Below are positions 6,501 through 8,328 of a stretch of 8,328 nucleotides of DNA, piece by piece; the first letter of the stretch is position 1; every line of letters starts with the position of its first letter. The position numbers were made by a program, and so were the translations under genes. The notes beneath the pieces are model-generated. The model ran no database searches and was not told the DNA's origin. It saw nothing but the letters and a program-made list of their open reading frames with translations. The stretch lies in assembly GCF_056712565.1 (NCBI RefSeq), contig NZ_JBWXXM010000005.1, one strand, 5' to 3'. The stretch comes from a plasmid.

Positions 6501-7376
6501 CCCATTACTGGCTTGCTGCCGTAGATATTCCCGTGGCGAGCGATAACCCAGTGCACTATGCGGATGCCATTCGTTATAATGCTCGAACGCCTCTGCAAGG
6601 TTCTTTGCTGCCGTTAACCCGTCTGGTTTGGGCATGACACTGATGTAGTCACGCTTTATCGTTTTCACGAAGCTCTCTGCTATGCCGTTACTCTCCGGAC
6701 TCCGCACCGCCGTGCTCTTCGGTTCAAGCCCCAACATCCGGGCAAACTGCCGTGTTTCATTAGCCCGGTAGCATGAACCATTATCCGTCAGCCACTCTAC
6801 TGGAGACGCCGGAAGCTCGTTGCCGAAGCGGCGTTCCACCGCTCCCAGCATGACGTCCTGTACTGTTTCACTGTTGAAGCCGCCCGTAGTGACCGCCCAG
6901 TGCAGTGCCTCACGGTCACAGCAGTCCAGCGCGAACGTGACTCGCAGTTTTTCTCCGTTATCACAGCGGAACTCGAACCCGTCAGAGCACCATCGCTGAT
7001 TACTTTCTTTCACAGCCACTCTGCCTGTATGTGCCCGTTTCGATGGCGGTACAGCAGGTTTTCGCTCAAGCAACAGCGCATTCTGGCGCATGATCCGGTA
7101 AACACGTTTGGCATTGATCGCAGGCATACCATCAAGTTCTGCCTGTCTGCGAAGCAGCGCCCATACCCGACGATAACCATACGTGGGCAGCTCTCCGATA
7201 ACATGGTGTATACGGAGAAGCACATCCGTATCATCAGTGTGACGACTGCGGCGGCCATCCATCCAGTCATCGGTTCGTCTGAGAATGACGTGCAACTGCG
7301 CACGCGACACCCGGAGACAACGGCTGACTAAGCTTACTCCCCATCCCCGGGCAATAAGGGCGCGTGCGCTATCCAC
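6471..7376 (-). CDS. insD: IS2 transposase OrfB (InsD), normally expressed as an OrfAB fusion by -1 frameshifting
   Basis: ORF track 6471..7376 (-) 301 aa, (M/V)[33 protein letters not shown]...[12 protein letters not shown]... with a DDE-type integrase core (...[37 protein letters not shown]...). The first codon is GTG and overlaps the end of insC. Confidence 0.95.
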
Positions 7377-7699
7377 TTTTTTGCCCGTCCATATTCAACG
7401 GCTTCTTTGAGGAGTTCATTTTCCATCGTTTTCTTGCCGAGCAGGCGCTGGAGTTCTTTAATCTGCTTCATGGCGGCAGCAAGTTCAGAGGCAGGAACAA
7501 CCTGTTCTCCGGCGGCGACAGCAGTAAGACTTCCTTCCTGGTATTGCTTACGCCAGAGAAATAACTGGCTGGCTGCTACACCATGTTGCCGGGCAACGAG
7601 GGAGACCGTCATCCCTGGTTCAAAGCTCTGCTGAACAATTGCGATCTTTTCCTGTGTGGTACGCCGTCTGCGTTTCTCCGGTCCTAAGACATCAATCAT
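7334..7699 (-). CDS. insC: IS2 OrfA (InsC), helix-turn-helix regulator / N-terminal part of the transposase
   Basis: From ATG at 7699: [58 protein letters not shown]...[26 protein letters not shown]. The 15 extra N-terminal codons in the track ORF 7334..7744 are rejected. Confidence 0.93.
7377..7383 (-). other. IS2 programmed -1 ribosomal frameshift heptamer (A AAA AAG) at the insC/insD overlap
   Basis: Minus-strand sequence ggcA AAA AAG tgg is in the OrfA zero frame. A -1 slip reads AAA AAA GTG GAT AGC = KKVDS..., continuing into InsD. This is a known IS3-family mechanism. Confidence 0.7.
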
Positions 7700-7748
7700 C
7701 TGCTCTCCAATGACTAGTCTAAAAACTAGTATTAAGACTATCACTTAA

Positions 7749-7790
7749 ATAAGTGATATTGGTTGTCTGGAGATTCAGGGGGCCAGTCTA
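7749..7790. repeat. IS2 terminal inverted repeat (IRL)
   Basis: Reverse complement from 7790 reads TAGACTGGCCCCCTGAATCTCCAGACAACCAATATCACTTA... The lysis-gene reading frame terminates inside this repeat at TGA 7775..7777. Confidence 0.8.
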
Positions 7791-7918
7791 TGAACCGCGA
7801 TCCCCGTCAGTTCAGAAGACGAAGATGGTGCAACGGTTCCTCCTTGTACATCACGAATATAGTTTGCTTGACATCCTGACAAGAATAATATTGTAATTAG
7901 AAAAATTATTATTTTCAT
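7775..7918 (-). CDS. ckl: Colicin lysis (bacteriocin release) lipoprotein, with its 3' end altered by the IS2 insertion (47 codons; ends ...GIAV-HRLAP)
   Basis: Not in the ORF track (short). Reverse complement of 7793..7918 translates [42 protein letters not shown], with signal peptide, lipobox L-S-G-C and the [14 protein letters not shown] motif typical of colicin lysis proteins. Reading continues across the TSD into the IS2 IRL (H R L A P, stop TGA at 7775..7777). The displaced native end (Q codon and TAG) lies at 6451..6456 on the other side of IS2. Confidence 0.8.
   Translation of the reverse strand: MKIIIFLITILFLSGCQANYIRDVQGGTVAPSSSSELTGIAVHRLAP
7791..7795. repeat. IS2 target-site duplication (TGAAC), left-end copy
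   Basis: TGAAC directly abutting the IS2 end at 7790; identical to 6455..6459. Confidence 0.85.
7868..7897 (+). promoter_or_regulatory. Candidate immunity-gene promoter located inside the lysis-gene coding region
   Basis: TTGACA at 7868..7873, an 18-nt spacer, TGTAAT at 7892..7897, about 50 bp upstream of the immunity ATG at 7948. Confidence 0.4.
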
Positions 7919-7947
7919 ATTTCTTTCCAACAAAAGTAAAAATACTT

Positions 7948-8238
7948 ATGCATTTAAAATACTACCTACATAATTTACCTGAATCACTTATACCATGGAT
8001 TCTTATTTTAATATTTAACGACAATGATAACACTCCTTTGTTATTTATATTTATATCATCAATACATGTATTGCTATATCCATACTCTAAATTAACCATA
8101 TCTAGATATATCAAAGAAAATACAAAGTTAAAAAAAGAACCCTGGTACTTATGCAAGTTATCTGCATTGTTTTATTTATTAATGGCAATCCCAGTAGGAT
8201 TGCCAAGTTTCATATATTACACTCTAAAGAGAAATTAA
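7948..8238 (+). CDS. cki: Pore-forming colicin immunity protein (96 aa, integral inner-membrane protein)
   Basis: ORF track 7948..8238 (+). Very AT-rich and hydrophobic (…[33 protein letters not shown]…[26 protein letters not shown]), consistent with several membrane spans. It is convergent with the colicin gene and sits between colicin and lysis genes on the opposite strand, the canonical arrangement for pore-former immunity genes. Its stop (8236..8238) overlaps the colicin stop (8235..8237). Confidence 0.8.
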
Positions 8239-8328
8239 ATCCCTAACAACTCATTAAGTTTGCTCAACTCATCATCCCCTATGTAAGAAGAAACAATACC
8301 TGTGACAATTGCAATCCCCCAGAAACCA
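8235..8328 (-). CDS. cka: C-terminal tail of the colicin gene (last 29 codons plus stop), continuing from the window start across the circular junction
   Basis: Reverse complement of 8235..8327 translates [30 protein letters not shown]-stop, the end of the hydrophobic hairpin and C-terminus of a pore-forming colicin. The stop TAA is the reverse complement of 8235..8237. Window 8325..8328 (acca) equals window 1..4 (acca), and joining 8324 to 1 gives a continuous ...[15 protein letters not shown]... reading frame. Confidence 0.75.

Larger units (their letters stand above)
6460..7790 (-). mobile_element. IS2 insertion sequence (IS3 family), complete, 1331 bp
   Basis: Ends TGGATTTGCCCCTATATTTCCAGACACCTGTTATCACTTAA (6460 onward) and, on the reverse complement from 7790, TAGACTGGCCCCCTGAATCTCCAGACAACCAATATCACTTA: imperfect terminal inverted repeats matching IS2 as I recall it. 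Length is 1331 bp, with insC and insD inside and a 5-bp direct repeat outside. Confidence 0.95.

Noticed and set aside
6900-7634. ORFs 6900..7331, 7010..7303, 7364..7564 and 7407..7634 inside IS2
   Set aside because: Antisense or alternate-frame relative to the well-supported insC/insD genes.
7962-8156. 64-aa minus-strand ORF
   Set aside because: Antisense to the immunity gene in very AT-rich DNA; no RBS.
1-8328. CRISPR arrays, tRNA or rRNA genes
   Set aside because: No regularly spaced direct repeats and no tRNA-like or rRNA-like sequence seen. The only structured RNAs are RNAI and RNAII of the origin.

Overview
The window reads as essentially one complete copy of a ~8.3 kb ColE1-type mobilizable colicin plasmid, not a chromosomal segment. 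On the minus strand a colicin K-like pore-forming colicin gene starts at 1556, runs off the window start, and its last 29 codons reappear at the window end (8235..8328), so the two ends are contiguous on a circle. The colicin has the classic double LexA (SOS) box promoter, a convergent immunity gene (7948..8238, +) and a downstream lysis-lipoprotein gene (7918..7775, -). The rest is a ColE1/pMB1-like backbone: mbeC-mbeA with mbeB and mbeD nested in alternate frames, rop, bom/oriT, and an RNAI/RNAII origin nearly identical to pMB1 outside the RNAI loops. Three things stand out. (1) The colicin gene carries a frameshift at 483..498 that separates the N-terminal 358 codons from an otherwise intact pore-forming domain. 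(2) A complete IS2 (1331 bp, 5-bp TGAAC target duplication) sits exactly in the last sense codon of the lysis gene, replacing the C-terminal Gln with His-Arg-Leu-Ala-Pro. (3) That IS2 lies 27 bp from the RNAII primer promoter and is transcribed in the same direction. Between the colicin promoter and the mob genes is a poorly characterised module encoding a lipoprotein and a small signal-peptide protein. All calls rest on reading and translating the sequence by eye and on recalled family knowledge; no searches were run.
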